Assembly: GCF_001194135.2 (NCBI RefSeq)
Contig: NC_068983.1
Span: forward strand, 112,897,427 to 112,961,426
DNA: 64,000 bases
Direction of reading: 5' to 3'
Origin: Octopus bimaculoides
Taxonomy: Eukaryota
This document shows positions 24,759-37,609 of the stretch, in pieces. The notes beneath the pieces are model-generated. The model worked only from the letters and a program-made list of their open reading frames with translations. It did not search any database and was not told the DNA's origin. The first letter of the stretch is position 1. Each line of letters begins with the position of its first letter. Both the position numbers and the translations under genes were made by a program.

Positions 24759-25036
24759 GTGCCCATTGGCATATAACATAATGGTTAACAGTGCGGGTTA
24801 CTAACCCTAAAATTGTGAGTTCAATTCTAGGCAGTGCCTTGAATAAATAATAAAGAAACAAAAAAAAACCTTAGGAATGAGAACTCAGGCTTGGGTTCAA
24901 AAATCCTACCAGAACACCTGACAAAAGGCTGGAGAGTAAATCAGCTGAAACATTGTGGTAACAAAAAACAAGATGAGGACACATATCTGTCTAATGTAAA
25001 TAATGTACAGAATTCCTCATCTCAAAAATATAGAAC
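24759..25036 (+). mobile_element. tRNA-headed SINE whose 3' half contains a hammerhead-like motif
   Basis: A-box-like taacataatgg (~24774) and B-box-like gagttcaattc (~24818); A-rich linker; motif at 24913-24959; terminal 9-bp hairpin agatgagga/tcctcatct. Confidence 0.65.
24913..24959 (+). ncRNA. Minimal type I hammerhead ribozyme motif (decayed copy)
   Basis: aacac CTGACAA aa ggctg-gagagtaaat-cagct GAAA cat t gtggt. Stem I aacac/gtggt (4 of 5 pairs), 5-bp stem II; G8>A and stem III G>A changes. Confidence 0.55.
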
Positions 25037-25375
25037 AGCAGCATTTAATTGATAAGAAAAAACCTAGCTGGTTTGAATAAGAAGCAATGTAAATATTGAT
25101 ACATTGTAGTATATTTGCTTAAATTTGAACAGACTTATAGATATTTGTCATCATTAATGAATAGACATTATGGATGAAGGTTTACATGTTTCCTCGGGTT
25201 ATCAAGCAATAATTGATATAGCCCTTATCGCCATATGTCTAAGACAGACTTATTACTAACTCTTGAAAAATATTAATAGATCTTGAAAGGAAATGAACTG
25301 AGTTTTACTGTCCAATCTTTTGAGAATTGCAAACAATTTTTTTCAAAAGTAGCTAACAGAATGTTTCAGAAATAC

Positions 25376-25470
25376 AACACCTTCTAGAATACCTTCTAGG
25401 AGGTATTCTAGAAGTGTTTAAAATTTTTTTAATACCATCTAGAAGTGCAACGCCTTCTAGAAGTGTTTAA
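25376..25470. repeat. Short palindrome plus reiterated TTCTAGAAG motif
   Basis: cttctagaatacct-tctagg-aggtattctagaag is a perfect 14-bp stem; tctagaagtg recurs twice downstream. Confidence 0.85.
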
Positions 25471-26023
25471 AATCTTTTAAAATTCAACATTATCTGAATG
25501 CCAGAATTTCTAAATACGTGAATAACTTAATTGTTTTTTCTGTCAAGATTTTCTTTCAACTGAAGAAACAAGAATATTCTTTTCAAGAAATGTCATGCAA
25601 TCAGTTTGGACAAGGCAAAACTCACTATTTTAGCTACTATAACTGCATGTAAATTATGAATGAAGCATGAATTAACAAACATTTCTCCAGACATAAATCC
25701 TCCAGAATATGATAGCTTAACTAGTTACGGATATATCTAAACCTTCTCTATCTTTACAGTTAATGTTACTTATGGAGATGGCTTGCCATATCATTGCAGT
25801 TGCTGTATTTTTTAGACATTTTTATTTGTTTTTAGATGATTCATTATATTTTATGTGTCTAAGCACCTATTAAAAGAACAATTTTGTAAGGCTTCAATGA
25901 TGATATTCTTCACAGTTATCATTATCTTTGCCAAGACAGTAGCTATGGTCAGAATATCAGCTCTCTAGAGATTTGTCATCAGAATCTAATGCCATCAATT
26001 AATCTGTCATACATTCAAAGCCA

Positions 26024-26037
26024 GTTCCCATGGCAAC
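26024..26037. promoter_or_regulatory. Candidate RFX X-box
   Basis: GTTCCCATGGCAAC matches GTTNCCATGGNAAC; lies in non-repetitive DNA; no functional evidence. Confidence 0.35.
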
Positions 26038-27601
26038 AGTTTGTTGGATCACTATTAACAATTTATCACCAACTAGCTAATCCTATTAAACATATTTCTT
26101 AATTTTGTTCTTGCTATTGTTAATCTGGTTGTTGTTAATATTGCTTTTGTTTCTCCAATCAGCTTTCATTAGTGGTTTATGGGAAACCCACCATTGTGAA
26201 TCTCACAAACAAATTAAATACTATGATTATTGTTGGGTTAACTAATAGTTAGTATTACTTAAACAGATATATGATAGAAAATTAGTCAACTAAATATTTG
26301 AGAATCATTCCCAAGATTTCACATTAAACATACAAAATAATTCTGAAACAATAACTTTATTTACTTTAATATTGTTAATGAAATTTTATATGACTTTTTC
26401 ATATAAATGATACTAAATTAACTGCCAACTAAACTAATAGCTTTGGCTTAGAATAACTACTTCAAAGGATAAATAGATATATTCAAGCTCCAAGTAAAAG
26501 AAAAATGACACTGATATCTCAAAATCTAGATTGGTTTTACCAAATGTATGAGAATGTAGCTGACAATTTTTTGCGTAAGGTATCAATTTAAATCAGCAGT
26601 TTAAAGCATTGTATTATTATATAGAAGTTTTATATGTTCAATTATGTTCAATGAAGAAGCCCAAGTTTCCATTAAACTTTCAAACATCTTAAAAATAAAC
26701 AAAGCATATTTGAATCCCTTAATCTATGAATGGTATGTCAAATAAAAGAATGGATAACCCCCAAATAAAATGTTGATCAAACGACGGATTTTGAATTAAA
26801 CTGACATTCCAAATAACTTGCACTGGCAAATTTTCAGAACCCAGAATCATACATATAGATTTGTATGTAAATATGTGATTAAGTAATTCTCAGTCAGGAT
26901 TCTATTCAAGATGACTTGACTCAAAGTTACTCAATAATCCTAATCATTATTACCAACTAATTCTATTCACTGATATAGTAGCATTTTACTTTTAGATGTT
27001 TTTTTTAATAATAATAATAGATAAGTTACTATGATTTTCTCTATAATAAGTTTCAGAATCTCACGGGTATCATAGATGAAATGATAACACTACTACTACT
27101 ACTACTAACAGCAACAATAATAATAATAATAATAATGATAATAATAATATGAAGAAGAAGAAGAAAAATGGTCCCAAATCTTTGCAGAGTTCCAGTTGTT
27201 TTTGAGTGGATGGGGAATGGGGAAGTTGATTACATTAATAGCATTACTTGACTGGTACTTATTTAGGCAGAGTCAACCTTCTTGGAATTTGAGCTTAGAT
27301 CAATTTTATATCTCCAAAGCCTTAGCACTAATTTCTTTATTCCTGGTATTGCCCTCTCACTATAATACAGTCCCAATGTTGGGATGTCTAAAATTAGATA
27401 CAAAGATAAAGAACTTAGTTGTATAGAGAACTATTGAATAGATCATACATATGGAGTGAGGCAATAATATATTTCTTTGTGGAAAAGTTTAAGTGATCCA
27501 AAAACAAACTTAAAGTGTGAGGAAAATGAAGAGAGAAATAACTTTTGAAAAATTTAACAAGTAAATAGTCATATATAATGTGGGCATAAACATTTCTCAG
27601 T

Positions 27602-27995
27602 GGAGGTGCAATGGCCCAGTGGTTAGAGCAGTGGATTCGCGGTCATAGGATCGAGCTTTCGATTCCCATTCTGGGCGTTGTGAGTGTTTATTGAGTGAAA
27701 ACACCTAAAGCTCCACAAGGCTCCGGCAGGGGATGGTGGCAAACCCTGCTGTACTCTTCCACCACAACTTTCTCTCTCTCTTACTTCCTGTTTCTGTTGT
27801 GCCTGTAATTCAAAGGGTCAGCCTTGTCACACTGTGTCACGCTGAATATCCCCGAGAACTACGTTAAGGGTACACATGTCTGTGGAGTGCTCAGCCACTT
27901 GCATGTTAATTTCATGAGCAGGTTGTTCCGTTGATCGGATCAGCTGGAACCCTCAACACCGTAAGTGACGGAGTGCCAACAACAACAACAACAAC
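27602..27995 (+). mobile_element. Full-length tRNA-derived SINE family A
   Basis: Head ggaggtgcaatggcccagtggttagagcagtggattcgcgg..ttcgattccc (A/B boxes), (CAA)n tail; copies at 29834 and 37203. Confidence 0.92.
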
Positions 27996-28929
27996 AAACA
28001 TTTCTCACTAAATGACCATAAGCCTAATTTCAAACAAAAACACCCAATATGATTAATCAAACCAACAAAAACTGATATCATAAAAGTCAGTAAACATATT
28101 GATAAAATTGTCTCTAACATTAAAGAGTCGTCATCCCAATCATTACAAGAAAACATGCAAGAAATGATTTGGTGATTTAATCACATTCTTCATATTAATA
28201 TTAGACTTTTACAATATCGTATTAAAGATTATTATTCTTATATCATTTGACTATCTTTGAAATGTAACCTTCGCATTTGCTAACTATTTAATCAATATCT
28301 TTATTGCAATCTAACAATCACTTGCTTTATTTTTACTGTCAACCACTTTTATTGCTTTCCTATTATGCTGTTCATTTAACATCAGGGATTAGAACATCAA
28401 CATCATCATGCATGCACCTAAAGGTATTTTATAGCATTAAGTTGTTTTATGGATAAAAAAAAAAATGTCACAAAGTATTCCATTCAAGCATGTATTCAAC
28501 AGACATGGCAAAAATCCCTGGTCTCTTTGGTTTTTCTTAGTTCATGGTATCAAATCTGATTTCTGCAACTCATACTGAAGCTTCCAATGAGATGATGGCC
28601 TACAGTCACTGAATAACTGCAAAACTACACAATCAGAAATTTTATTTAAGTAATTTAGATTATTTATTGCTATTAAAACACAATTTCAAAGAAGTAAGCT
28701 CTGTACATGTAACTTATGATCATTTTAATTCAGTCTTCAAAAATTTAACAAAACGTTTTCACATCTAACATTGCTATCAACTTTTCATTCCAAATTGTCT
28801 CCCATTTCATAACTAACATTTAAATACACATGCATACACAAACACACACACACACGCATGCAACCATATACACACACGCATGCACACACACACACACACA
28901 CATGCACAATCATATATTCTTTATCTCTT

Positions 28930-29288
28930 GTCTTTCACTTGTTTCAGTCATTAGACTGCAGCCACTTTGAAGGGTTTTTAGTCAAATGAATCAACCCCAG
29001 TACTTATTTTTTAAAGCCTGGTACGTATCTTATCGATCTTTTGATGAACTGCTAAGTTACAGAGGTGCGAACAAACGAATGCCGGTTGTCAAGCAGTGTT
29101 GAGGTGGACTAATACAAAGACAAAGACATAAACACACACACACACATATCTATATATACAACAGGCTTCTTTCAGTTTCCATCTACCAGATCCACTCAGC
29201 CCAGGGCTATAGAAGAATACACTTGCTCATGGCACTATGCAGTGGCTTGGAAAGCAATTGTCTTACCACACGTCCATGCCTGCGCCTA
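28930..29288 (-). mobile_element. SINE family B, older copy
   Basis: Matches 57640-58045 from tail cttgtttcagtc to head cctgcgccta. Confidence 0.85.
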
Positions 29289-29484
29289 TAATAAAATTTC
29301 TAATCAAATAGAATATTGTATTCTCATAGCGGTCCATTTATTAATAGTTTTACAATAGAAAGAGTCGATCAAAATGCTTTCATACATGATAAAAAATATC
29401 TATAGGCATAATATATAGAGAGAGACATAATTATATTTATACATACACACACACATACACACACTCACATATACACACATACTC

Positions 29485-29518
<34 letters not shown>

Positions 29519-29528
29519 NNNNNNNNNN

Positions 29529-29563
<35 letters not shown>

Positions 29564-29591
29564 CAAGGTCATTTGCGGACCATGTATATAG

Positions 29592-29800
29592 TTCATCATC
29601 ATCATCATCGCCGTTTAACGTCCGCTTTCCATGCTAGCATGGGTTGAACGATTTGACTGAGGACTGGTGAACCAGATGGCCACACCAGGCTCCAATCTGA
29701 TTTGGCAGAGTTTCTACAGCTGGATGCCCTTCCTAATGCCAACCACTCCGAGAGTGTAGTAGGTGCTTTTACGTGCCACAAGCATTGTGCCTGTAATGGT
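29592..29800 (-). mobile_element. RTE LINE 3' end
   Basis: (cat)n..gtttaacgtccgctttccatgctagcatggg. Confidence 0.85.
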
Positions 29801-29833
29801 GGGAACTTGCTAACCACCGTATTAATTACCTTA

Positions 29834-30219
29834 TTGTTGTTGTTGGCACTCCGTCGCTAATGACATCGAGGGTTCCAGTTGATCCGATCAATGGAACAGC
29901 CTGCTCATGAAATTAATGTGCAAGTCGCTGAGCACTCCACAGACACGTGTACCCGTAACGTAGTTCTCGGGGATATTCAGCATGGCACAGTGTGACAAGG
30001 CTGACCCTTTGAATTACAGGCACAACAGAAACAGGAAGTAAGAGTGAGAGAAAGTTGTGGTGAAAGAGTACAGCAGGGTTCGCCACCATCCCCTGCCGGA
30101 GCCTCGTGGAGCTTTAGGTGTTTTCGCTCAATTAACACTCACAACACCCGGTCTGGGAATCGAAACCATGATCCTATGACCGTGAGTCCACTGCCTAACC
30201 ACTGGGCCATTGCGCCTCC
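29834..30219 (-). mobile_element. Full-length SINE family A
   Basis: Reverse complement of 27602-27995 with high identity. Confidence 0.92.
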
Positions 30220-31363
30220 ACATTTAGAGTGATTAGAGAGAGACTTAATCCCAATTTTGAACAGTAGCTGTAGCTTTTCTTTTGTTCAGTATGATTATTA
30301 TTATTTTTTTTTTTTTTGCAACTGCACATATATAACTCCACATATAACGTTGAAGTCGTTAGTGGGCAGCAGGTCATTATCGTGACTGAGGAAAGATGTT
30401 GCTTTTAAGCAACTTTACATACATAAAGATTAGGAGTTTAGTGAAAACGGCATTCATGTTTATTGAAATAATTTGCTTACAAATGGAAGACAGATGCTTT
30501 ATTCATTAGACCAATTTCTCCTGTTCTGAGTTCAAACTGCATTAATATTGATATTAAATACCAATCTCCTGGATCTAAAAATTGATGCAATCCATCCTGT
30601 ACGTATATTGATCATGTGATTTACTAAATTAAAGCATTCAAAGGATTTATGTTGCACTCATGATAGTATTAAGCTACACTATCTCTTCTTCATCAAAAAG
30701 AAGTGCTAGTAGTTTCAAATGACATGATATGAAATCATATTTTCCATTGTTATGTATGATGTCAAGTCAACTTAATTCTGTCAATAGCATTTACTGTAAT
30801 GTTCACATAAACATATTTCTTTTATGTGATAACCAAAGCTTATATGCATAGTGCCTAGTGTTATTGGTATATTTCATGTCTGATCTTATGTAATCTTTTC
30901 CCCTTTGACCTTTTCATATATATTATTTCTTTGTTGATTTTCATGATTTATTTACTTATGATATACTTAATGAGGTAAAAAGTGATATTTAACTAAATTT
31001 CCTATATACATTCACCAAATTAAACATTTTAATAGTGTCAGAAATAAAATTGTTGTTTACAGATTTTTTAGAGAAATTTTCAGTTATGTAAACAGATCAA
31101 TATGCATGTGAATATAAATATTTAATATTCTCTTAAAATAATATTTAGGTTAATATTACAAGTGAAAGCATGTGAGCCTAACAAGAGAAAAATAATCCTG
31201 ATTTTTAACAATTTTAGTCTCATTCAAATTTGATTAAGCCAAAATGAATATTACTCCTTAGTCTTGTTTGTTCACAGGTTTATTGTATAAATTTTGAAGA
31301 GCCATTCTGCCTTTTTACCTTTAAGTATTACGTTGACAAATGTTTCATCATTGTATCTATAAA

Positions 31364-32020
31364 TCATCATCATCACCATCATTTAACGTCCGCTTCCATG
31401 CTAGCATGGGTTGGACGATTTGACTGAGGACTGGCGAAGCGGATGGCTACACCAGACTCCAATCTGATCTGGCAGAGTTTCTACAGCTGGATGCCCTTCC
31501 TAACGTCTACCACTCCAAAAGTGTACTTGGTGCTTTTTACGTGCCACCGGCACAAGAGCAGTACTGGCACTTTTTAACACAGCTATCCTCATCTATTCTT
31601 GCCAAGTGACCATGCCAGCGCAATCGTCTCTCTTGCACACCACAACTGATGCTTCTTAGGTCCAATTTTTCTCTCAAGGTACTTACACTGTATCGAGTAT
31701 GCACACTGACATTACACATCCATCGGAGCATACTGGCTTCTTATCTTGCGAGCTTATGCATGTCTTCAGCAGTCACGGCCCATGTTTCACTTGCATGTAG
31801 CATGGTTAATCATACACATGCGTCACGCAGTTTACCTTTTACTGTGAGCGAGAGGCCCTTTGTCACCAGCAGAGGTAAGAGCTCTCTGAACTTTGCCCAG
31901 GCTATTCTTATTCTAGCAGCTACACTTTCAGCACACCCTCCCCTGCTACTGACTTGGTCACCTAGGTAATGGAAGCTATCAACTACTTCTAGTTTTTCTC
32001 CCTGGAATGTGGCATCTTTT
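31364..32020 (-). mobile_element. 5'-truncated RTE LINE with RT C-terminus and 3' tail
   Basis: MLRWMCNVSV..LREKLDLRSI..QERRLRWHGHLAR is a typical RTE C-terminus; (cat)n tail at ~31364. Confidence 0.9.
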
Positions 32021-32164
32021 ATAAATGCCCCAGGAAAGAAGAAATTAATTTAAAATATAAAGGATGTAGAAAGTAAAGTATTCAACTACATGCATAAAGA
32101 TTGATATTATCTGAATAAAGTATACATGATATTAGGTTGGTTTATTAATATAAACTCTGCTTCT

Positions 32165-32370
32165 AATAGACAGCAAGCTGAAAGAATTGTTACCATTCTT
32201 GACAAAATACTTAGCAGCATTTCTTCTAACTTTACATTCAGAGTTCAAATACCACAAGGTTGACTTTGCTTTTCATCTTTTTGGGATCAATAAAATAAGT
32301 ACCAGTTGATGTAATCAACTTGGCCCTTCCCATAAAATTGCTAGCCTTGTACTAAAACCTAAAACCACTA
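32165..32370 (+). mobile_element. Old SINE family C (central domain resembles MetaSINE-type core)
   Basis: gagttcaaat..gactttgcttttcatc..gatcaataaaataagtaccag shared with 49315 and 53920 copies; superfamily label is from recall. Confidence 0.7.
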
Positions 32371-33074
32371 TTAACTCAATATTAACTCCTTGTTTGCATA
32401 TTTATCTACCACCGTTGTACTTTAGCATGCTGCAAATTTTAGGACTAGAGTTGATGTTAACCCAGATAATAAGTTACCAAATCACTTTTGTTTTGTATGT
32501 TGCTACTGAACTAAATTAAGAACAATTGCATTCTAAGTTATAACAATGAAAAATGATTTTCAGCAAGCTAATGTTCAGAGATACTTCTACAGTCCCATAA
32601 TCAATTAAGTGATTTTGTAGACATATTTGGAATAGTTGTGGTAATTTGTATGATACATATCATGCATTGTTGTAATGCAACTGGTTGTCACTTCCAAGAA
32701 ATTGAATTTCAAAGCAAGTAATCGAAAAATGATAAACAAAAAGTCAATTAACATAAGTGGCTATTGAAACACAAACAATCCTCAGAGTATTGAACTGACA
32801 CAGTCTATCAACGATATTCTATTTTCAAGAATACTTCAGGTGCTGCACTAAAATTACTTTCACCAATTTATTTTTGATTAAGAATTTAAACATAAATCAT
32901 CCACACATGTCTTTGCACACAATTATGTATGTACATATGACCAAAGGCAGACATACAAACATGCACATGTAAATATATCTATGTTTGTATTCATCTATAT
33001 GTGTCTATATATATACATATATATGATACTCTCTTTCTCTCTCTCTCGCTATATATATATATATATATATATAG

Positions 33075-33342
33075 ATATGCAGGGCAGGGAATCGTCAATT
33101 AGTAATAAAATTACTAATTAACAATTTTGCCTGGTAGCTCAGTATGAAAAAACCTTTTCGGTAAAAAACATTTATAATCATAAATATATAGGGATTGACA
33201 GTAACCTGCTTCTCCAACATACTGAGAATTCAGAAATAGCAGTCAAAGAACTACTGATTTCAAAACTACAAATTATTACTCCAGATTGATAGTGATATTT
33301 TTGATACACACAGAACAAAAAACAGTAGAGAAGAGTAAAAAA
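33075..33342. mobile_element. Unclassified repeat end abutting (TA)n, possibly Penelope-like
   Basis: Starts directly after a TA array; contains a 13-bp hairpin (gtcaattagtaat-aaa-attactaattaac); runs into a gap. Confidence 0.3.
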
Positions 33343-33688
33343 NNNNNNNNNNNNNNNNNNNNNNNNNNNNNNNNNNNNNNNNNNNNNNNNNNNNNNNNNN
33401 NNNNNNNNNNNNNNNNNNNNNNNNNNNNNNNNNNNNNNNNNNNNNNNNNNNNNNNNNNNNNNNNNNNNNNNNNNNNNNNNNNNNNNNNNNNNNNNNNNNN
33501 NNNNNNNNNNNNNNNNNNNNNNNNNNNNNNNNNNNNNNNNNNNNNNNNNNNNNNNNNNNNNNNNNNNNNNNNNNNNNNNNNNNNNNNNNNNNNNNNNNNN
33601 NNNNNNNNNNNNNNNNNNNNNNNNNNNNNNNNNNNNNNNNNNNNNNNNNNNNNNNNNNNNNNNNNNNNNNNNNNNNNNNNNNNNNNNN

Positions 33689-33726
<38 letters not shown>

Positions 33727-34285
33727 CACACACATACACATATTTATGAATGCATGTATATGTGTGTATGTGTGTGTATAACATACATATGCTTGTTGTC
33801 TTCACCTTTGACACCCATACAAAAGTGCATTGTTTGGATGTGCGAAAGCAATTTCTTTTTCAAGTATCTGTTTGCAAGTGACTGAAATTTGAAAATAAAT
33901 TCTGACTCAAATTTAGAAAAATCAAGTTTGTGGAATTGATGCATATGCAATACTCAGTAGAATGTATTTATCAATTGGTGTCAAAATTGGCACATAAAGT
34001 AATGTATTTAGTGAAAATTATTTTCCAATTCGCTATTTCATTGACTAGAAGGAGAAACAAAATAAGTCAAACAGATATGTATTAAATATTTATGTATTTG
34101 TATCTACACACAGGTGCACCAACATACATGTATGAACGTATGAATGTTTATATATATGGGGAAAAAGTAAGTTCAAAAGAGAACAATTCAAACATTCTGA
34201 GAAAGAATTATTTCTAATAAAGATTCATCATATTCATACAAAAACAGCCAGAACAAGTAATAAAATATAACAATATTTTTCAGCT

Positions 34286-34359
<74 letters not shown>

Positions 34360-34771
34360 CATGTATATATGTATGTATGTATATATAAATTTAGATTCAG
34401 TAGGGTATATAATACCACTTACTAAAATCAGACCCAATGCTCCAAAAACCACCATAAACTCACAATAAAGATTCACATGAGCAATGCAATGAACATATGA
34501 GAAACAGGCATACCTTTGCATTGAATACAACAGTATGTAATGTATATTTCAATATCAATTGCTTTCATGCTTTGCATTACAGACATACTCTGCGATCTTC
34601 AATTGAAAATAACATTTTAACATCTATTTCTAAAATATTCGCTACATTAGCTTGTGTGCATTCCTTACTTTAAATGTCCCACTCTGTTTAAAAGAAAACT
34701 ATCACGACCAAGAAAAAACTTAAATAAAGAAGTATTTTTACAGTTATTAATAGTATTAATAAGGTAATTGT

Positions 34772-34852
34772 GGAGGGGCAATGTCCCAGTGGTTAGGGCA
34801 GTGGACTCGCGATCATAGGGCATCGTCGTAAGCGACGGAGTGCCAACAACAA
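34772..34852 (+). mobile_element. 80-bp SINE family A derivative (head fused to tail)
   Basis: ggaggggcaatgtcccagtggttagggcagtggactcgcgatcatagg joined to catcgtcgtaagcgacggagtgccaacaacaa. Confidence 0.85.
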
Positions 34853-34929
34853 TCACTTTAGATACCTCTGCAGTTATGAGCAGACATAGCTATCCTCTCA
34901 GCACCCCCACTCTGTTCTTGACAGAAAAT

Positions 34930-35045
34930 ACAGGAGGTAAAGTTTGGCAGGAGAGAGGATTGCATCAGGACTGGGCTTGTATTTTATTTAACTTCAAAGT
35001 GTAAAAAGACAAGTTGATCTCAGCAGGATTTGAACACAGAGCAGA
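34930..35045 (-). mobile_element. Old SINE family C fragment
   Basis: attttattaacttcaaagtgtaaaaagacaagttgatctcagcaggatttgaac is the reverse of the family C core. Confidence 0.55.
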
Positions 35046-36689
35046 AAGAAAAAAAAAAAACAGAACAAATATCTCAGAGAATTCTCTCCAATATATGTTA
35101 TGGCAATGATCTATTTAACCTGTCTGTCTCTATTCAGAAAATCTGGTATCGACATCACAACTGAGACTAGTAAATACTGTATACTTTAATCTCAAGACAT
35201 ATAACTAATACTCGTATGCAGGCATAAATATATTTAGCTATGATTTCAAGAGACATTTATACTGATTCCCTCTGTGTACACATATTAATGTTTTTACACA
35301 AATCTGCTTGATAGTATGATTGTCAAACATATTTGAACCTGATGACTGGCAGTATTTTTTTTATCAGCTGAAAAAACAGCGGTTTTGTTTCAGTTAAGCA
35401 AGTCTATATTTTAATAGTCTGTCAGCCCTAAATTCTTACAGAAGACAATCCACTTTGTAAAAAAAAAAAACCGTCCTTGCCATGAAATATTTCTGTTTTG
35501 AACTTAGCAGAAATTCTCTGAAACAGTAAAGTGACGTCAAAGTCATCAATAAAAGAAAAGTAACCCTACCAAAGAATAAATAATGAAAAACATGGCCAAA
35601 GCAGTTCATCACATTAGTGTTCCACTTGGGAAATCCATCTTCTGTCACCGATGCTAAAGACACCCAGAAAAATACATCTTAAGTTATGTCAAAAACAAGA
35701 AAGTATAACATGACAAAGTAATGATTTTTTAAAAATATTTCATTTCATTGTGAAAGCTTATTCACAGCGAAGTAGTTAAAATATGTTTTAAGTACTTTTG
35801 TCAAATGTCCAGCTATTATTCTAATATTTTTCTCTTTAACTATTTTCCTTATGTTCAGTGAGCTTTATAATTTTGGCTATGAGTAGCATATTGTTTTCTG
35901 TAACATATTTACTCAATAATTTTTTTTTTTTTTTTTAATTTTTATTTTATTTGTGCTGACTGAGTGTTGACTTTAAACATCAGATATCTGTTATTCTAAA
36001 GTTGCTAACTGTTGCTAATAGTCAATTTGTAGAGAAAGTAAAATGCTGGAAGAGAATATAATTAGGATTGCAAATAATGTAATTTGCATCAGGTAGGAAA
36101 GCACAGGAAGGAAAGTATTCGATAAAATGATGAAATCGGAAATTATGATCATTTGCTAAGATACAGATATAAGATTATAGATCAGAAAATAAATGACAAG
36201 CAACGCGGAAATGTAGTCTCCTGTAATTACTTGGAACAAAGTCAAAATGCAGTGAAACAGAAAGACTCCAAACATATTTCTTGTTCTATATCTCATTCAT
36301 TAACATTTTTATATTTCTGGGTGTTTTGGCTAGAAATAAAAAAATAAAAAATCTTTACTTTTTCATACAACAATGGACTTTCATCAGTCTAGCCAATAAG
36401 ACAGTGTACCTCTAAGACAAAAGCCTGAACAGGTGTTTAAATAAATTCAAGATTGTTTAGCTATCTCAATACACTATTTGTTTTTATAAGTGTGATCAAG
36501 ATAATAACAAGACTATATGTTGTGATACAGATTATCCATACTTGTTAAGTGGTTTCAGGGCTGCATTGTTCAGTAGACAAAGTTATGCTTCATTTCTTGA
36601 TAGAAGGAAGGAGTGCTTTGTATAATTCTAAGTAGAATTTTCACATTGCTTCTAGCAAGATATGAGTGTATAAGTGAAATATGAGTCAA

Positions 36690-36690
36690 C

Positions 36691-36752
<62 letters not shown>

Positions 36753-36770
36753 GAGTAGTAGTAGTAATGG
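36690..36770. repeat. (AGT)n microsatellite
   Basis: About 25 units, one interruption. Confidence 0.97.
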
Positions 36771-37202
36771 TTTCTGTAATTATCTATCTTTTGTTGATAT
36801 ATTATAATGCATCAGATATTTAAAGTAGGAGCAACATGATGTTAGAGCTAAATAATGTATTATGAAGAAAAAAAAAAGTAACAAAGACATCCATATTGCA
36901 AGAAAAATACCCATTAGAAAATAATGAATTCAATGTAGCCTTTTCATCTAGACCAGCTATGATAAATGTCCCTTTCCAGTACCTGCAATATCCTAAAATG
37001 AACTAGCCACATTCAGATCCAGAGTACTTCATTGAACTGAACATTATCAAACTATGATCATGCAAGAAAGTAGCAGTTTTTCAATGCTATGATGTTCATT
37101 TCATTTCCCAAAATTATTAATCACAAAACAAAGGGTTCCACTTAGAGAGTGAATCACAATCAGATTCACTTAAGAACTTGTTGCCTGTCACATTGTGTGT
37201 GT

Positions 37203-37585
37203 GTGTTGGCACTCTGTCGCTTACGACGTAGAGGGTTCCAGTTGATCCGATTAACGGAACAGCCTGCTCGTGAAATTAGCGTGCAAATAGCTGAGCACTC
37301 CACAGACACGTGTACCCATAACGTAGTTCTCGGGGACATTCAGCGTGATACAGTGTGTGACAAGGCTGACCCTTTGAATTACAGGCACAACAGAAACAGG
37401 AATTAAGAGTGAGAGACAGTTGTGGTGAAAGAGTACAGCAGGGTTTGCCACCATCCCCTGCCGGAGCCTCGTGGAGCTTTAGGCGTTTTTGCTCAATAAA
37501 CACTCACACTGCCTGGTCTGGGAATCGAAACCGCGATCCTATGACCGCGAATCCACTGCCCTAACCACTAGGCCATTGCGCCTCC
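37203..37585 (-). mobile_element. Full-length SINE family A
   Basis: Matches 29834-30219. Confidence 0.92.
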
Positions 37586-37609
37586 TCCTGTCACATTAGT
37601 GTAAAATAA

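Noticed and set aside
25890-26100. ~70-codon open plus frame around the X-box
   Set aside because: No suitable donor, no homology recognised; expected by chance.
27602-27680. tRNA-like sequences at SINE heads (also 24770, 59380, 63890)
   Set aside because: They have A/B boxes but no complete acceptor stem, and continue into SINE bodies, so they are not tRNA genes.
35532-35539. Perfect CRE TGACGTCA
   Set aside because: A single 8-mer is expected by chance in 64 kb.
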